DNA of 52,970 nucleotides, filler included, from Perkinsus olseni (Eukaryota): NCBI GenBank assembly GCA_013115125.1. It is 2 parts of 2 records of this genome, joined end to end, with 100 filler letters (N's around TTAATTAATTAA, not from the genome) between each part and the next. Parts side by side here need not be neighbours in the genome. Positions count along the whole stretch, not along the records: positions 26,537 to 52,970 come from JABANN010000482.1; 1 more part is not named here. One strand, 5' to 3'. Shown piece by piece: positions 48,640 to 52,970 of this stretch (position 1 is its first letter; each line of letters starts with the position of its first letter). The notes under the pieces were generated by a model. It saw only the letters and a program-made list of their open reading frames with translations, ran no database searches and was not told where the DNA came from. The position numbers and the translations under genes were made by a program.

Positions 48640-51371
48640 TCTACCAAGTTACAACAACTAGTCCCCCCAATCAGATCCACCAGCCCTCGATTGACCCACT
48701 CAAACTCATCCCGGTGGCATCCCTAGTCGCATCAGTCCACACTCGCATGACCAAATTTCATAGAAAATTGGAGTCGGCCTTCGCTTCATCAAACTCCGCG
48801 TCCCGCGCGGTGGAAGTCTGTAACCGTTGCAAGACGTGGAAACTACGGGAGTCGCTGCATCTCCGTGACTACCTGCGAGGCCTCCAGACGATCTTCCTTG
48901 GTGAGCAAGGGCTTGTATAGCTCAATAGCGCCGGGATGAGCCGACTCATCCTCTCCTTCCTCAGAGAAAATATACCTGATTCGAACCCGCATTGTGACTT
49001 GGTGAGCCGGGCAAGACTAGATTATCAGCTACGGATTCTACTCATCGGAGTTCGAGAACTCCGCAACCCCGTGGAGGCTGCCCCCGAGAAAGGCCTTACT
49101 TCCAAACAGTATAACCAGCCGAAGCTGCCAAGCTCACAGCCGCTACCCCGATGGATCCGCCGGTCATCACCGCTGCCGCAGTGCCTGAGAAGTCGGTGCT
49201 CATACTTAGCCCTATCGGGAAGCTTACCAGAGGCGACCGTGGCTGCAGCACCGCAGCCGACTGTACAGGCTCCCGCTGCTGCCGACAAGAGAAGCTCAGC
49301 CATCAACGTGAAACCAAGAAGACCAAACTCCACCACTGGGGTCGCCAGACAAATAACTCAATAGTGACGGGAGTGGGCCACAAGGACAACAACGGACAGA
49401 ACATGGTGACAACGAGCACACTGTCTGTGAGGAAGGTTGACGGCACCGAATGCTGCCTCAGCCAGGACCCGTATGAGACTCACACTTCCACAGACCACCG
49501 TGACTATTCCTAGCATATCCATGGTACTGATGCCTGAGAAACATGGGCTGCCCCGGACCCTTATCGCCAGGGCTCCACTACCTTTTATACTCATCGAAGA
49601 TGAACCCATGCCTCTCAAATACCGCAGGCCTGCCAGGAGTTGATGCGCCGTCATTGGGAAGCGCTGCCTCTGGAACGTTCGCGACCTCCTCAGAAGGCTG
49701 CGGGCTAGCAGCAGCAGCAGCAGCGTGCAGTCCCACTATGGAAACACTATTCTCGAGAACGGCACTCCGCTGCTCATCACCTCGACGACTGAATGGCGGG
49801 TCCTCCGATCGGTCCACACCCTTCCACTGGCCACTACGCATGTCGATGGAGGCAGTCCAAGGGAGCATCTCCTCGAGCTTCGAAGGGTCACTGAACTCCA
49901 ACTCATCAGCCGACAGGCACTCACTCCCTACCAATCGAAGCCTCCTGTTTGCTCTTTTCGCGCCGAGCTTGAGATCGCCAGCTCTGCCAGCTCCCGTCCC
50001 ACTCGGCATGACGCCTCCTCTGGTACTTTCGACCCATCAGACTTCGAGCGTCCTCCAAAGTGGACAAAAGCCTCGTTGGGGCGCGTCGAAGAGAAGTTCC
50101 ACACCTCGTCGCTCTGCAACAGACAGCCTGTCAATTGTACCCCGTCAGTTCAACGCTGAGGGGAAGCCACGCTTCATGTATTCCACACTCACTACATTAG
50201 CTCTGCCCATGACCAGCGAGGTTGAATTGATATGTCCATCGGCTGATGTCCCGCCAGAGGGGCATGCGACGTGTGGGACAGTGTTATGAGAGTTCAGCTT
50301 GCCGCCTCGAAACCTACAGGGCGAACAGTACACTACGTCCATTGTGCACGAATAGAGAAAGATACCGCTCCAATTCACCAACACTTTAGTTGGAAATATT
50401 CACTTGCGTTCAACATAATGATCCTAAGGGCCCAGAGAGCACGCAGACTTTCCGGAAACCCGCACTCAGATACGCAAGCTTGCAACACTCAAAAAGAGGG
50501 CCGACTCGCCTCGATGCAGGAAATGCCCTTGGGGGCCAGAACGGCTAACCAAGAGCAGCCCGAGGGTTGTAGTACTAAGAGATGTAGTGTCGGTCGAGGC
50601 TGAGTGCCACCACCAGCAGCTGCAGCAGCTGTTGCCGAGTGACATAGGATTCCAACAGGATTGGAACCCGTTCGCCGTGTTCTACCCCAGTTCCACGCTT
50701 CGGGGTTCCATTGTTACAAGATAACCCGTCGATTTACCCAGGACACGCCCAAGCCCCGATTTCTCGGGATTTTTCAACTATGATCTGCCCTGCGTCCAAC
50801 GCTGTAGACGGACAGCTACACAACCATCGCAGCGCCCATCTCTCCTCTCATATGAAGCAATACATCCCCCCGAGCCGAGCCATTACTACCCTTGGTCTAG
50901 GAACAAATTGCCGTCCCTGCCGCTGCCGTCAGCCGAAAGGGAGTTGCTGATGAGACGAATTCCGTACATGCTAAAGTAAATAAAAAATCCCACCCAAAAA
51001 ATGCCAATTGAAAACTCAGCGAGAAGTTGTTAATAATCTGAAACTCAAGCCCACATCCTTCGAAGGTCGTCCTCGTCGTCATACCGACCGTACCCGCTCG
51101 ACTCCCGTATGGCCCGCCACGACGCTGGTTCGACATCAGTCGGAGCTTCGGGAAAGTTACAAACCTGCGAGAGAAGGGCCTTGCATCCATAGATAGATGA
51201 CCCTTCTGTGATTGAGTATGTCGAACGGCTCCAAACGATCGCCATTCGATCTTGACGGCCGAATCAACTCCTAGTTGCGTAATGCTAATAACACTTGGAC
51301 TCCCGCAACGACGTAACTATGCTGCACTCTTCACCAACGACTACTCTCCCACGACTGGTTGACGAACGACA

Positions 51372-51863
51372 CTATCTTTTCTCAACGATTCGCGCAATAA
51401 CGGCCAGATGATACGACAAGCTCACATTCGTCATCAAGAACTCTGCAACGATTCTAGCCAGGGGCAGCTTCTCCACATCAGTCCCTTTAGCGAAGCATAG
51501 CAAGCCCGGTATATCATCATCCAGTCTGGTGATCAGGCCGCCGCCAACTATGCGCTCCTTATCTATCATAGGTAACTGAAAACGAAGTTTTTTTTTCATA
51601 TCAGAAGGGAGGTAAAGCACACTCACCCCGAACGTCTCCTGACTCCTGAAGACCCTCAAGGGCGTGTTCACTTCCAAATCACTGTCGTCCTGTACGTGGC
51701 TGCTCATACTCGACACAGCAAGGACTTTCGAGAAGCCGGATTGGGCTATCCACCGTGAGAGCGCTTGTCCCAGCAGCCTCTTCCGTCGGTACGAACTGCG
51801 AAGCTGCAGCACCTGCGAGTGGCAGTCACTCCAGGGCTCTGCCATCTGCTGTTGTGAAGTCAT
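51372..51863 (-). CDS. Hypothetical protein (exon or gene fragment)
   Basis: 163-aa ORF with protein-like composition. No recognisable domain. Confidence 0.35.
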   Translation of the reverse strand: MTSQQQMAEPWSDCHSQVLQLRSSYRRKRLLGQALSRWIAQSGFSKVLAVSSMSSHVQDDSDLEVNTPLRVFRSQETFGVSVLYLPSDMKKKLRFQLPMIDKERIVGGGLITRLDDDIPGLLCFAKGTDVEKLPLARIVAEFLMTNVSLSYHLAVIARIVEKR

Positions 51864-52899
51864 CTCACCATGTAATCAGTTCCTTCCTTGCCATAAAGTT
51901 CCATGCCGGTGGAAATACTCTTTCCATCGTCCAACGTCTGTACAAGTGGTTCGATGAATGGGGAAGTGAAGACTCCCGTTGGAGCCAGCTGAAAACGGCG
52001 AGCGATTACCCAAGAGAGCCAGCCGAGGTCTCTTGCTACCTTCAAGGCCTCAATAAGGTAGTCACATGCAAGGCCTTCTATAGAGGCGAAGCCACCGCAG
52101 GACACTATGAGCGTCTTTCCCTTCAAGTCTCGAACTCCCTCATCCAAGGGCCAGAAAGTTAAGTCATCGGAAGGCTCTGCGTCTACAGGCAGTAGAACCT
52201 CGCGTTGGGTGTCCTGCATTAGGATGAAGGTATAATAAACCTACTTAAGAGATTTCTGCTTTCAGGACATTCAGAACAGCTCTGAGCTTCACTACGACCC
52301 ATGACGACAGGGAATTTTAGTCGAGTGCTGCACACACACTTCGTTCAGTCCAGAGTGAGGCTACGCCAAGACCTCCAGTGTAACCCACTTGAGTACCAAA
52401 GTACTCTCTGTTACAGAGAACAGAATCAGTACGTGTAAGGACGTTTGTGTATTGTTATCGTGTACATCCTCTTCACCCCGCGGCGATCCTCAAGCGAGCG
52501 CTCCACTTTCGTGCCGATTTCGCAATGCGTTTTGGCTCAGGTTCCGCGGCCAATCGACTAAGAATGGCCGCGGGGATATTCAGGATGTTCCTCTGACAGA
52601 AGACTTTTGTGAGCTGACTTCAAGATTCGACCTCACTGCGACACCGTCTTAATGCATCGCGAAATATTGTTGCAATCAGAGCCCACTGAACCCCCAGAGT
52701 TTTCGTCGCAGAGGAAAGTTATCTATCACATCACCAACAATCTGCGCGACATCGGTGGAGTTGCTGTTGGCCGCCAAGTAAACACGCGAAACAATTTTGT
52801 GGCGCGGCGGTAGCGCACGCCCCGGTCAACGCAATGAAATAGGAATGATCCTAGTACAAGTTTTGAAGCGGAGTAAAGTAGCGCCAGCGAAGTCAGCCT

Positions 52900-52900
52900 C

Positions 52901-52970
<70 letters not shown>
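52900..52970. repeat. (AAC)n microsatellite at window end
   Basis: Perfect AAC tract. Confidence 0.98.

Noticed and set aside
48975-48992. B-box-like CCTGATTCGAACCCGC; similar weak hits at 35705 and 15028
   Set aside because: Probably exonic or lacking the variable-loop and T-stem context. The 15028 hit is intronic but too degenerate to count.
49543-50384. Overlapping sense/antisense ORFs; the minus frame is interrupted only by TGA codons (possible readthrough)
   Set aside because: No recognisable domain on either strand, and other genes here use TGA as stop, so a gene model or recoding cannot be supported.
52726-52968. Poly-Leu ORF resembling a signal peptide
   Set aside because: Product of the (AAC)n tract read on the minus strand.

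Overview
Eukaryotic genomic scaffold, dense in genes and introns (mostly ~45-70 nt GT-AG introns, at least one GC-AG), bounded at both ends by (AAC)n tracts and containing two assembly gaps. Intron style and gene content suggest a Perkinsus-like alveolate (inference, not verified). Recognisable genes: an acylated RING-H2/EF-hand protein, GAS8/DRC4, RPA3, a TMX3-like thioredoxin membrane protein, a secreted laminin-B-like protein, a uridine/purine nucleoside phosphorylase, an NHE/CPA1 antiporter, a large PLU-1-like/PHD protein, TGS1, two paralogous mitochondrial-type membrane proteins and a cold-shock-domain/PAM2 protein. Also present: tRNA-Val(AAC), tRNA-Leu(CAG), two MITE-like elements and several minisatellites. 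Most striking: (1) eight tRNA 3'-half-like sequences from apparently different tRNAs lie in tiny spliceosomal introns (six introns frame-supported, two less certain), and in some the tRNA-like part supplies the splice signals; (2) a complete tRNA-Leu gene fills a 145-nt intron and has no oligo-T terminator; (3) a five-copy tandem module of an unrecognised, probably secreted protein family occupies 0.3-7.2 kb. Multi-exon gene coordinates were spliced by eye and are approximate.
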